From positions 1 through 55,050 of the forward strand of contig CAIJMI010000005.1 of the NCBI GenBank assembly GCA_903821745.1: a stretch of DNA of 55,050 bases, written 5' to 3'. This document shows positions 1 through 8,973 of the stretch, in pieces (position 1 is the stretch's first letter; every line of letters begins with the position of its first letter). The DNA is from Candidatus Gottesmanbacteria bacterium (lineage in GTDB: Bacteria > Patescibacteriota > Microgenomatia > UBA10105 > UBA927). A program made the position numbers and the translations under genes. The notes below the pieces were generated by a model that saw only the letters and a list, made by a program, of their open reading frames with translations, had not been told where the DNA came from and ran no database searches.

Positions 1-1
1 C

Positions 2-709
2 GAATATTTTGTAGAACCCAAAAATGCGGACATTGCATTTGCTGAGTGGAAAGAAAAACGCATGGCATGGCACCTGGCACTTGGGATTTCTAAAGAACAT
101 ATCAGGTTTAGGCAGCATGAATCAACGGAGCGTGCACATTACGCAGCTGATTCTTGGGATATTGAGTATAACTTTCCAGAATGGGGATTTAAGGAGCTGG
201 AAGGTATTGCCAACCGCACGGACTATGATTTGAAAACGCATAGCAAATGGAGTGGCAAAGAACTCAAAGTAACCAATCAAGAAACCAAAGAGAGTTATTA
301 TCCGTATGTCATTGAACCGTCCGTTGGCGTCTCGCGCCTTATGTTGGCACTGTTATTTGAAGCATTTACGAAAGACGGCGAACGGATTGTACTTAAATTG
401 AAACCGTCACTTGCTCCGTATATTGTTGCAGTGTTTCCACTCTTGCCCAATAAGCCAGAACTCGTGGAAAAGGCAAAAGCAATTTATCACGATTTGAAAA
501 AAATATACCCAACAATATGGGATGACCGGGGAAATATTGGAAAAAGATATTTAGCGCAGGATGAAATCGGGACGCCATGGTGTATAACTGTTGATTTTAC
601 AACGCTTGAAGATGGAGCCGTAACGATTAGAAATCGAGATACAACAAAACAGGAACGGGTGCAAATAGACAAAATAATAGAATATATTCGTACAAACGAA
701 ATTATGTAA
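2..709 (+). CDS. glyQS: glycine--tRNA ligase (homodimeric GlyQS type), C-terminal fragment; 5' end lies upstream of the window
   Basis: The frame of ORF 62..709 stays open back to nt 2 (EYFVEPKNADIAFAEWKEKR precedes the listed Met). The translation shows the class II core end and anticodon-binding domain typical of GlyRS (RFRQHESTERAHYA, WDIEY, IANRTDYDL, LAPYIVAVFPL, GKRYLAQDEIGTPWCITVD). Confidence 0.85.
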   Translation, partial: EYFVEPKNADIAFAEWKEKRMAWHLALGISKEHIRFRQHESTERAHYAADSWDIEYNFPEWGFKELEGIANRTDYDLKTHSKWSGKELKVTNQETKESYYPYVIEPSVGVSRLMLALLFEAFTKDGERIVLKLKPSLAPYIVAVFPLLPNKPELVEKAKAIYHDLKKIYPTIWDDRGNIGKRYLAQDEIGTPWCITVDFTTLEDGAVTIRNRDTTKQERVQIDKIIEYIRTNEIM

Positions 710-718
710 GGAGGAAGT

Positions 719-1183
719 ATGAAAATGAAAAAAAGTTTGATCGGTATTTTCGTGGGATTGATTGTTCTAGGACTTGTTGTTGTTGGCTATACCATATATA
801 AAAATGGACAAAAACCAGCCACTCAGACGGTAGTTGAAGAAGAGGAACCAATTGTTGCAGCTGATAGTGCAATTGTGGCCGATGTTTCCTTTAGCAAAGT
901 AAAGGACAATACCATTGTGTTGTCTTTAACCGGCTTGAAAAGCGGGTATAAAACGGTGGCCTATGAGGTAAGTTACGATACGCAAGGCGTAGTACAAGGA
1001 GTAACGAGTCGTCCGCTTGAAATATCTGGAAAAGATACATTTACACGGGATGATATCTATCTCGGCACCTGTTCAAAAAACGTCTGTAAACCGCATACAG
1101 GAGTCAAAAAGGTGTCTGTAGTCTTAGAGTTTACCGATTTATCCGGTAAAAAGAGTCAATTATCCAAGGACTTCGATTTGTAA
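719..1183 (+). CDS. hypothetical N-terminally membrane-anchored protein (single TM helix plus about 100-aa beta-rich ectodomain)
   Basis: AGGAGG SD lies 6 nt upstream of the ATG. There is a hydrophobic helix (LIGIFVGLIVLGLVVVGYTIY), and the gene is followed by a clean intrinsic terminator. I recognise no family. Confidence 0.6.
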   Translation: MKMKKSLIGIFVGLIVLGLVVVGYTIYKNGQKPATQTVVEEEEPIVAADSAIVADVSFSKVKDNTIVLSLTGLKSGYKTVAYEVSYDTQGVVQGVTSRPLEISGKDTFTRDDIYLGTCSKNVCKPHTGVKKVSVVLEFTDLSGKKSQLSKDFDL

Positions 1184-1210
1184 TCCTAAAAAATCATTCG
1201 TATTTGTAAA

Positions 1211-1238
1211 ATAGAGGCTAAATTAGCCTCTATTTTAT
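1211..1238 (+). terminator. rho-independent terminator
   Basis: Perfect 9-bp stem ATAGAGGCT (1211-1219) / AGCCTCTAT (1225-1233) with a 5-nt loop, followed by TTTATT. Confidence 0.65.
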
Positions 1239-1251
1239 TGTGAAATGCCCC

Positions 1252-1280
1252 TTGACATGGCGTGAAAAATGGGTGATTAT
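1252..1280 (+). promoter_or_regulatory. sigma70-like promoter of the mraZ/dcw operon
   Basis: TTGACA (1252-1257), exact 17-nt spacer, GATTAT (1275-1280), 36 nt upstream of the mraZ ATG. Confidence 0.45.
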
Positions 1281-1304
1281 GGATATAGATGGGAAAAAGT
1301 GGTA
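1270..1304 (+). promoter_or_regulatory. putative MraZ operator: four 10-bp-phased TGGNN direct repeats
   Basis: TGGGT 1270-1274, TGGAT 1280-1284, TGGGA 1290-1294, TGGTA 1300-1304. This is the same repeat/5-nt-spacer geometry as the known MraZ-binding TGGGN repeats. Confidence 0.5.
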
Positions 1305-1315
1305 AACTTTAGGGT

Positions 1316-1711
1316 ATGAAATTGTTCCTTGGGGAATATAACCATACACTTGACGAACGGGGCAGAGTGACGCTGCCAAGAAAGATAAGGCAAGAGCTTG
1401 GAGAAGAGAAAATGGTACTGACGAGAGGGTTTGATACATGCATATTTGGATACGACATGGCAGCATGGGAGAAAGAAGCGACAAAGCAGCTGGAAACATC
1501 AGTAACAACGGATGAGGGAAGAGCATTACGGCGATATGTGTTTTCGGCAGCAGAGAAGGTAGAAACAGATAAATTAGGACGGGTTATATTGCCTACCCAC
1601 CTCAAGGAATACGCGAAAGTAATGAGTGAAGTAAAAGTGATTGGTGCAGGTGATCATTTTGAAATTTGGGATAGCAAACAGTGGGATGAATTTACGAAGG
1701 GTAAGAAATAA
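1316..1711 (+). CDS. mraZ: transcriptional regulator MraZ
   Basis: Two SpoVT/AbrB-like halves with the MraZ signature (GEYNHTLDERGRVTLP ... VETDKLGRVILP). First gene of the dcw cluster. Confidence 0.9.
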   Translation: MKLFLGEYNHTLDERGRVTLPRKIRQELGEEKMVLTRGFDTCIFGYDMAAWEKEATKQLETSVTTDEGRALRRYVFSAAEKVETDKLGRVILPTHLKEYAKVMSEVKVIGAGDHFEIWDSKQWDEFTKGKK

Positions 1712-1717
1712 AGCGCT

Positions 1718-2581
1718 ATGAGCACCTACCACACCTCAGTTTTACTCGAAGAAGTGCTTAAAGGATTGGACGTGAAGGCTGGAAAACGATATATCGACGC
1801 GACATTTGGCGGTGGAGGACATACAAGAGCATTACTTGAACAGGGAGCCGATGTACTCGCAATTGATGAAGATACAGACGCACTTGAAGAGGCCAAAAAG
1901 ATAGAAAGTCCGCACCTGCGGATTGTACAAGGAAATTTTCGAAATATCGAAACAATAGCAAAACAAGAAGGATACGAACAAGTTGACGGCATTTTGTTTG
2001 ACTTGGGAGTTTCCAGCCATCAGATCAATATCGCGAGTCGCGGATTTTCATTCAGATATGATGATGCTCCGCTTGATATGCGGTTTTTACAAGTAAATAA
2101 TGATTCCAAAAGTGCAAAGGAACTGATTGCGAAGGCAACAGAGAATGAACTTTATGAAATATTTGCGAAATATGGTGAAGAAGAGCGTGCTCGGACAATT
2201 GCTGTTCATCTTATCCGTGCCCGTCAGGTAAAACCGATTGTAACGGCAGGACAATTACGGGAAGTCATTGAAAGCGTTGTAGGAACAGGAAAAGCAAGCA
2301 CAGGAACAGTCGCACGAATATTTCAAGCACTGAGGATTGCGGTCAATGATGAGATGGGTGCGCTTGAAGAAGGTTTAATTGGAGCGTCGCATCTTGTTAT
2401 ATCCGGAGGGAAAATCGCAGTCATAAGTTTTCACTCTCTGGAAGACAGAATCGTTAAACGATTTTTTAGACAATCTGCATTTATTGAGATTACTAAAAAA
2501 CCACTAATCGCAAGCGAAGAAGAAGAAACAGAGAATCCGCGAGCCCGAAGCGCAAAGCTTCGAATAGTACAAAAACGGTAA
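1718..2581 (+). CDS. rsmH: 16S rRNA (cytosine1402-N4)-methyltransferase RsmH
   Basis: YHTSVLLEEV, DATFGGGGHT, DLGVSSHQ and SFHSLEDRIVK motifs; position directly after mraZ. Confidence 0.9.
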   Translation: MSTYHTSVLLEEVLKGLDVKAGKRYIDATFGGGGHTRALLEQGADVLAIDEDTDALEEAKKIESPHLRIVQGNFRNIETIAKQEGYEQVDGILFDLGVSSHQINIASRGFSFRYDDAPLDMRFLQVNNDSKSAKELIAKATENELYEIFAKYGEEERARTIAVHLIRARQVKPIVTAGQLREVIESVVGTGKASTGTVARIFQALRIAVNDEMGALEEGLIGASHLVISGGKIAVISFHSLEDRIVKRFFRQSAFIEITKKPLIASEEEETENPRARSAKLRIVQKR

Positions 2582-2593
2582 TACAAAAAACGT

Positions 2594-2887
2594 ATGAATA
2601 CAATAAAAAGACTTCTCATTCCAGGAACCATAGTTTTTGTGCTTCTTTTAACGGCCCAAATTGTCTATTCGTGTCAATTGGTTACCGATGGTAAAGCATT
2701 AAATCGCATTGACCAACATATTGATCAACTACGGCAGGAAGTTTCACTTAAAGAAGAAAAAGTGGCGTCAGCATCATCTCTTATGACGATTCGTGAAAAA
2801 TCCGTAGCCATGGGATTTACGGAATCTCCAAAAGTAATGACTATGAATCAAGACAGCTTTGTTGTGGCCCTCGGACAAACTCGGTAA
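2594..2887 (+). CDS. ftsL: FtsL-like cell-division protein (single TM plus coiled coil)
   Basis: 97 aa with an N-terminal TM (LIPGTIVFVLLLTAQIVY) followed by a heptad-like stretch (IDQLRQEVSLKEEKV). It sits in the canonical slot between rsmH and ftsI. The call rests on position and architecture only. Confidence 0.55.
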   Translation: MNTIKRLLIPGTIVFVLLLTAQIVYSCQLVTDGKALNRIDQHIDQLRQEVSLKEEKVASASSLMTIREKSVAMGFTESPKVMTMNQDSFVVALGQTR

Positions 2888-2901
2888 AATAGAAATCACA
2901 C

Positions 2902-4578
2902 ATGATGTGGCGCATTTGGTCCGTATTTTCATTTTTCATCCTCTGTTTTATTTTGATTATTGGGCGGCTGTTTTATTGGCAGATTATAGAAGGTAACAAA
3001 TTAAAAGCAGAAGGCGCTGCGCAGTACACCATGAAGTTAGAATTGCCTGCAGAACGAGGTAGCATTTTAACGGCAGATAATTCTCCTCTGGTGATGAATA
3101 AATCCGCGTTTCTTGTGTATGCGGAACCCAAAAATATAACAAATACACCAACCTTTCTTCGAACGGTAAGCCAAATATTAACTATTCCCGAAGCAACACT
3201 TTCTGCAATGATTAGTGAACCAAATAGAGTCTGGGTACCGATTGCTCACAAAGTGAATATGGATAAAACGATCTTGCTTCAACAGGCAAGCATGTCCGGC
3301 ATCGGATTTGCCAAAGAACCAAAACGGTATTATCCGGAAGCCTCCATGGCGGCGAACCTACTGGGTTTTGTCGGCCTTGATCAAAATGGATCAGATAAAG
3401 GATATTTTGGTTTGGAAGGGTTTTATAATCGGGAACTGCAAGGGAAATCGGGAAGTATCACCATTGAAAAAGATGTTTCAGGAACCCCTATTTTAATCGG
3501 CGACAGTGTCCGTGTGGAACCCGAAAACGGAAGCTCATTTCATTTATGGCTTGATCGAACGATTCAAAATATTGTGGAAACCAAATTAAAACAGGGTATT
3601 GAAAAGTATGGTGCGAAAGAAGGCTCCGTCGTCGTGATGGACCCGAAAACCGGAGGAATTTTGGCAATGGCTTCCTATCCATCCTATGACCCTGCAAATT
3701 ATAAAGCGTATGACAAAGAATTATATAAAAACCCCATCGTGGCTTCATCCTATGAACCAGGATCAACGTTTAAGGCATTGGTATTGGCCGCCGCAATTGA
3801 TGCTGGAGTGATCAAAGCAAATACCATGTTTGATGAAACCGGTCCTGTGCAAGTGGGAGAATATGCCATTAAAACATGGAATGATCAATATCATGGGCAA
3901 ATTACGATGAAGCAGGTATTGGAACATTCTTCCAATGTTGGCATGGTTTTTGCTGAAAAAAAATTAGGAGAAGAGAAATTCATTAAATTTATTAAAGATG
4001 TCGGTTTTGGAACACTCACGAATATTGATCTCGAGGATGAGGCAAGCCCTGAACTTCGTACGGATCGTGATTGGAAAGAAATTGATTTAGCGACAGCTTC
4101 ATTTGGCCAAGGAATTGCAGTTACACCGCTTCAAATGGTTCGGGCAACGGGAGCAATTGCCAATGATGGATGGATGATGGAGCCGCATATGGTTCGGTCA
4201 ATCATGCATGCTGATGGAAAGACAACAGAAATACAGCCAAAAAAAGTACGACAGCTATTTAGTAAGGCTACTGCGGGTGTCGTAACGGAAATGATGATTG
4301 CAGCTGTGGACAACGGAGAAGCAAAATGGGCAAAGCCAAAAGGATACCGCATTGCTGGCAAAACTGGGACTGCACAGATTCCTGTAGCAGGCCATTATGA
4401 TAATACGAAGACAATTGCGTCATTTGTGGGTTTTGCGCCTGCTGATAACCCACGATTCGTAATGCTTGTTACGTTAAGAGAGCCCTCATCGTCCCAATGG
4501 GGTTCTGAGACTGCAGCTCCACTCTTTTTTAATATTGCCAAGGACATTTTTCTGTATTTGGGAATCCCTGCACAGTAA
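2902..4578 (+). CDS. ftsI: class B penicillin-binding protein / peptidoglycan D,D-transpeptidase (FtsI/PBP2 type)
   Basis: N-terminal TM anchor plus the transpeptidase triad motifs SxxK (STFK), SxN (SSN) and KTG (KTGTA). dcw position. Confidence 0.85.
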   Translation: MMWRIWSVFSFFILCFILIIGRLFYWQIIEGNKLKAEGAAQYTMKLELPAERGSILTADNSPLVMNKSAFLVYAEPKNITNTPTFLRTVSQILTIPEATLSAMISEPNRVWVPIAHKVNMDKTILLQQASMSGIGFAKEPKRYYPEASMAANLLGFVGLDQNGSDKGYFGLEGFYNRELQGKSGSITIEKDVSGTPILIGDSVRVEPENGSSFHLWLDRTIQNIVETKLKQGIEKYGAKEGSVVVMDPKTGGILAMASYPSYDPANYKAYDKELYKNPIVASSYEPGSTFKALVLAAAIDAGVIKANTMFDETGPVQVGEYAIKTWNDQYHGQITMKQVLEHSSNVGMVFAEKKLGEEKFIKFIKDVGFGTLTNIDLEDEASPELRTDRDWKEIDLATASFGQGIAVTPLQMVRATGAIANDGWMMEPHMVRSIMHADGKTTEIQPKKVRQLFSKATAGVVTEMMIAAVDNGEAKWAKPKGYRIAGKTGTAQIPVAGHYDNTKTIASFVGFAPADNPRFVMLVTLREPSSSQWGSETAAPLFFNIAKDIFLYLGIPAQ

Positions 4579-4609
4579 AGACGGAAAGACCCATATTTTA
4601 GCTTCAAAA

Positions 4610-4639
4610 TGGTATAAAATGGCCAATTTTTGGTATAAT
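4610..4639 (+). promoter_or_regulatory. two tandem extended -10 promoter elements upstream of murE
   Basis: TGgTATAAA (4610-4618) and TGgTATAAT (4631-4639). The proximal one ends 7 nt before the A of the murE ATG (4647). Confidence 0.35.
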
Positions 4640-4646
4640 AAGGACC

Positions 4647-5816
4647 ATGATTTCCTGGCTCAAACGCCTTTATCATTTTGTTGTCGCTTTGGGGTCTGCA
4701 CTCTACTTTCGCTTCCCGGCTCGTCATGTGACGGTTATCGGTGTGACAGGCACGGATGGTAAGACAACCACGACCACCCTCATCTACGAAATATTGAAAG
4801 CTGCAGGGTATAAAACATCAGTTATCACCTCAGTACATGCTGTGATTGCTGGAAAATCGTATGATACAGGGTTTCATGTGACGACTCCCAATGCATTTTG
4901 GGTTCAAAAATACCTTCGTGAGGCCGTTGATCATGGAGACACCCACGTGGTTTTGGAAGTAACGTCCCATGCTTTGTCTCAATATCGTGTGTGGGGTATT
5001 CGGTTTGCTGTTGGCGTACTCACAAACGTGACTCATGAACATCTGGACTTTCATAAGACATATGAACGGTATTTACTGACAAAACTACAACTGTTACGGT
5101 CAAGTAACGTAGCCATCATTAATAAGGATGAAGGAGAACTTTACGCGACAATCGCACCGCTTCTTCGACGGAATAAGATGGTTACCTATGGAATTCATCG
5201 TCCAGCAACAATCACGCCAGAAACACATCCGTTTGAAACAAAATTACCGGGCGAATTTAACCAATACAACTGTCTTGCAGCAACTGCAGCGGCTGATGTG
5301 TTGGGAATTTCAAAAGAGATAATAAAAAAAGCACTCAAAGGATTTGCGGGTATTCCTGGTCGTATGGAACTGGTTGCAACAAAGCCATGCCGAGTGATTG
5401 TTGATTTTGCACATACACCAAATGCCATTGATAAAGCATTAAAAACAGTCAGGGACGAAACAAAAGGAAGAGTTATTCATGTATTTGGGAGTGCGGGGCT
5501 TCGTGATCGTACAAAACGGCCGGCAATGGGTAAAGCATCGAGTGAATATGCAGATATCATTGTCCTGACAGAAGAAGATTATCGGACAGAAAAAAATGAA
5601 ACCATTATGGATGAAATAGCTTCAGGAATACCGGTCTATAAAGATGTCCATAAGTTTGATAATCGGTTTGACGCCATCGCTTTTGCGCTATCTGACGTTA
5701 AAAAAGATGACACGGTGATTATCACCGGTAAAGGACATGAAAAAAGTTTATGCCGTGGAAAAATAGAATATCCATGGAGTGACCAGGACGCAGTAAAAAA
5801 GATATTGAAAAAGTAA
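4647..5816 (+). CDS. murE: UDP-N-acetylmuramoyl-L-alanyl-D-glutamate--diamino-acid ligase (MurE), short form lacking the N-terminal domain
   Basis: Mur ligase P-loop GVTGTDGKTTT at residues 32-42. MurE-type motifs NVTHEHLDFH, DFAHTPNAIDKAL and GSAGLRDRTKRPAMG. Only 389 aa. Confidence 0.8.
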   Translation: MISWLKRLYHFVVALGSALYFRFPARHVTVIGVTGTDGKTTTTTLIYEILKAAGYKTSVITSVHAVIAGKSYDTGFHVTTPNAFWVQKYLREAVDHGDTHVVLEVTSHALSQYRVWGIRFAVGVLTNVTHEHLDFHKTYERYLLTKLQLLRSSNVAIINKDEGELYATIAPLLRRNKMVTYGIHRPATITPETHPFETKLPGEFNQYNCLAATAAADVLGISKEIIKKALKGFAGIPGRMELVATKPCRVIVDFAHTPNAIDKALKTVRDETKGRVIHVFGSAGLRDRTKRPAMGKASSEYADIIVLTEEDYRTEKNETIMDEIASGIPVYKDVHKFDNRFDAIAFALSDVKKDDTVIITGKGHEKSLCRGKIEYPWSDQDAVKKILKK

Positions 5817-5828
5817 TTTTTGTTTTAC

Positions 5829-6569
5829 ATGATACAAAAAACACATGATGGGATATATGAATCAACGTTTTTTTCTTCAAAAACGGAGCTAATTCACGGA
5901 TTCACCTCAAAAAAACAGGGAAATATGCAGGAGGAATCAAACCGTACAGCCGCTATCGTTGTAGCAGGGCTACAACCAAAAGCATTGGTATGGGCAAAAC
6001 AGGCACATGGGAATATGATTCACCAGGTGAGACAAGAAGATGTTGGAAAAACCATAGATTATGTTGACGGATTTATATACAAAAAAGATGTATCCTTTGC
6101 CATGCAGCCAGTACTTGCTGTTCATGTTGGTGATTGCGTTCCATTGCTGTTTTTAGATCCAGTCGAAGAAATTATTGGGGTAGCACATGCGGGATGGAAA
6201 GGTACAAAAGAACATATTGCAAAAGAAATGATACGAATGTTTTTACGATTGGGATCGGACGCCAAAAACATTCACATTGCCATTGGTCCATATATTCATG
6301 CGTGCTGTTATGAGGTTGATGAAGAGCGGGTAATGGTGTTTGAACGGGAATATCCAGGAGGTCGGGGAATAGTGAATAAATCAGGTGAGAAATGGTTTAT
6401 CGATATTGGTCTTGCAAATATCTATGATTTGCGGCAGTCAGGAGTATTAGAATCACACATCGATTGGAATCAACAGCTTTGTACATACATGAATAAAAAT
6501 GAATTTTATTCTTTCAGGAGAAAAACCGAACCTTTTGGTGAAATAATGGGATATATCGGGTATAAATAA
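5829..6569 (+). CDS. pgeF: peptidoglycan editing factor PgeF (YfiH/DUF152 family)
   Basis: Family motifs HGN, VGDCVPLLF, VAHAGWKGT, IGPYIHACCYEV and CTY...FYSFRR. The ORF track starts at TTG 5820; ATG 5829 is chosen here and the start is ambiguous. Confidence 0.8.
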   Translation: MIQKTHDGIYESTFFSSKTELIHGFTSKKQGNMQEESNRTAAIVVAGLQPKALVWAKQAHGNMIHQVRQEDVGKTIDYVDGFIYKKDVSFAMQPVLAVHVGDCVPLLFLDPVEEIIGVAHAGWKGTKEHIAKEMIRMFLRLGSDAKNIHIAIGPYIHACCYEVDEERVMVFEREYPGGRGIVNKSGEKWFIDIGLANIYDLRQSGVLESHIDWNQQLCTYMNKNEFYSFRRKTEPFGEIMGYIGYK

Positions 6570-6572
6570 TAT

Positions 6573-7988
6573 ATGACGGATAAACAAACGATACGGCATA
6601 TTTACTTTGTTGGCATTGCAGGAGTTGCCATGACCGCGCTTGCTGTTTATTGCAAAGAACGGGGAATACACGTAACGGGATCGGATATTGACGGCGTATT
6701 TCCAACCCGGGAAACCTTAAAACAAGCAGGTATTTCGGTCCAAGAGGGATTTGTAGCAGAGCATATAAAAGAATTCGTTCCGGATTTGGTTGTGTTTACC
6801 GGTGCTCATGGGGGAAAAGAAAATGTTGAAGTTAAAACCGCGCACGATCTCCATATTCCCGTTATGTCCCATGGTGAAGCACTTGGATTTTTTATGGACG
6901 GACAAGAACAAATTTCGGTTGCTGGAAGTCATGGAAAAACAACAACCAGTGCAATGATCGCAACAATATATAAAGCGTGTGGACAGGACCCGTCGTATGC
7001 AATTGGATGCGGTGACATTATCGGTGTTGGTCTTCCCGGGCATTTTGGAAAGGGGACAATGTTCATTGCAGAGGCAGATGAATACGTGACTGATCCGCAT
7101 CATGACCCAAAACCCCGATTCTTGTGGCAACATCCAGATATTCTTGTTGTGACAAACATAGATTTTGATCATCCGGATGCGTATGCATCACTTGATGCAG
7201 TGAAAGAAGCATTTGTTACGTTCCAACAGCAACAACAGGGCAAGCGGATGACAATTGTAAATGCTGATGATCCTGAGAGTTCAGTGCTTATGCAGGGTAG
7301 AAATATAATGACATATGGATTTTCCCCACGAGCTGACCTTCAAATAACGCATGTGGGTTTTGGAGAAGGTCGGACATTTTTTACTCTTATGCTTCGCGGC
7401 ACTGAGGTTGGCGAATTTTCATTAAAAGTTCCAGGCCGTCATAACGCCCTAAATGCTACAGCTGCAGCAGCCTGTGCATTTTCATCCGGAATTTCATGGG
7501 ATGATATAAAAAAGGGTCTTGCAGAATTTCATGGAACAAAACGGAGATTTGAAAAACTTGCTGAAGCAAACGGCATTACAATATTTGATGATTATGCGCA
7601 TCATCCAAAAGAAATTGAAAGCTCACTTGCAGCGGCGAGAGCGTGGTTTCCCAGCAGGAGAATTATTACAGTGTTTCAACCGCATACCTACTCACGCACC
7701 AAAGCATTGCTGACTGATTTTGCAAAAAGTTTTACCAATGCCGATATGGTATTGCTGACGGATATTTTTGCATCAGCCCGTGAGTCCGATACGCTTGATA
7801 TAACGACTGCAACACTCGTTGAAAAAACGGCAAAACACCATGCTGATGTCCGGTATTCAAAAAATAAACAGGAAACTATGTCGCTCCTTTCCCGTACAGT
7901 AAAATCTGGCGACATCATTATACTTATGGGTGCTGGGGATATTTATGAATGGGGACCGGATATTGTTTCTCAAGTCAAAAAAGGATGA
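6573..7988 (+). CDS. murC: UDP-N-acetylmuramate--L-alanine ligase
   Basis: N-terminal Rossmann-like IYFVGIAGVAMTALAVY, P-loop AGSHGKTTT, DDYAHHPKEI; full-length 471 aa. Confidence 0.9.
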   Translation: MTDKQTIRHIYFVGIAGVAMTALAVYCKERGIHVTGSDIDGVFPTRETLKQAGISVQEGFVAEHIKEFVPDLVVFTGAHGGKENVEVKTAHDLHIPVMSHGEALGFFMDGQEQISVAGSHGKTTTSAMIATIYKACGQDPSYAIGCGDIIGVGLPGHFGKGTMFIAEADEYVTDPHHDPKPRFLWQHPDILVVTNIDFDHPDAYASLDAVKEAFVTFQQQQQGKRMTIVNADDPESSVLMQGRNIMTYGFSPRADLQITHVGFGEGRTFFTLMLRGTEVGEFSLKVPGRHNALNATAAAACAFSSGISWDDIKKGLAEFHGTKRRFEKLAEANGITIFDDYAHHPKEIESSLAAARAWFPSRRIITVFQPHTYSRTKALLTDFAKSFTNADMVLLTDIFASARESDTLDITTATLVEKTAKHHADVRYSKNKQETMSLLSRTVKSGDIIILMGAGDIYEWGPDIVSQVKKG

Positions 7989-7991
7989 AAT

Positions 7992-8972
7992 ATGACAGAT
8001 CAATACAAAAAATTTATTGAACAAGTTGGTCTTCCCGTAAAGGAAAACGAAATATTAGCGCCGTATACGACGTATAAAATCGGTGGTCCGGTGGATTTAT
8101 TTATCGAATGTAGGGAAACAAAAGATCTTATTGTTGTGGTGCAAACTGCACGAATGTATGAAATCCCATTTTTTATGTTAGGTGGCGGGTCCAATATTTT
8201 AATTGGAGACAAGGGGTTTCGGGGACTCGTTATTAAAAACGTAACGAAAAACATTACAGTCCGGGGAATGAAAGGCGCCATAACAAAAGGAATTCCTGAT
8301 GGTAGTGTCTATGTGGAAGCCGAATCTGGTGTTCCATTTAATGCGCTTGTCAGATATTCCATAGAAGAAGGATTACAGGGTTTGGAAATGCATCTAGGAC
8401 TTCCGGGAAGCGTCGGAGGGGCAATATTTATGAACTCAAAATGGACAAGGCCCCCGGCATTTGTTGGGGATGTTGTCTATCAGGCGACAATTCTTACACA
8501 AAGCGGAGAAGTTAAAGCGGTGTCCAAAGACTATTTTAAATTTTCTTACGGTTCATCGGTGATACAAAAAACTGGCGACATTATTCTCTCAGTCATTTTT
8601 GCATTGAAACGGTCAAATAAAGATGCATTATGGAAAACAGCAAATGAGAGTATGGAGTATAGAAAAACGACGCAACCGCAGGGAGTAAAAACAGCAGGAT
8701 GCGTATTTAAAAATATTTCGCTTGTTGAGGCAGTATTTGCAGGAACGCCAAATCACACAACATCAGCCGGGTATTTAATTGATAAAGCAGGTGGAAAAAG
8801 TTTAGTTGTTGGCGATGCTGCAGTATCACCAGTCCATGCAAATTTTGTTGTTAATACGGGAAAAGCAACGAGTCATGATATGGTACAATTAATTGATCAG
8901 ATGCGTACCAAGGTAAAGGAAACATTTGGAGTTGATCTTGTTGAAGAAGTGAAACGAATAGGAGAATTTTAA
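7992..8972 (+). CDS. murB: UDP-N-acetylenolpyruvoylglucosamine reductase
   Basis: FAD-binding domain (LAPYTTYKIGGPVDLF, LGGGSNILI) and MurB C-terminal motifs (AGCVFKN, VSPVHANFVVN). Confidence 0.9.
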   Translation: MTDQYKKFIEQVGLPVKENEILAPYTTYKIGGPVDLFIECRETKDLIVVVQTARMYEIPFFMLGGGSNILIGDKGFRGLVIKNVTKNITVRGMKGAITKGIPDGSVYVEAESGVPFNALVRYSIEEGLQGLEMHLGLPGSVGGAIFMNSKWTRPPAFVGDVVYQATILTQSGEVKAVSKDYFKFSYGSSVIQKTGDIILSVIFALKRSNKDALWKTANESMEYRKTTQPQGVKTAGCVFKNISLVEAVFAGTPNHTTSAGYLIDKAGGKSLVVGDAAVSPVHANFVVNTGKATSHDMVQLIDQMRTKVKETFGVDLVEEVKRIGEF

Positions 8973-8973
8973 T

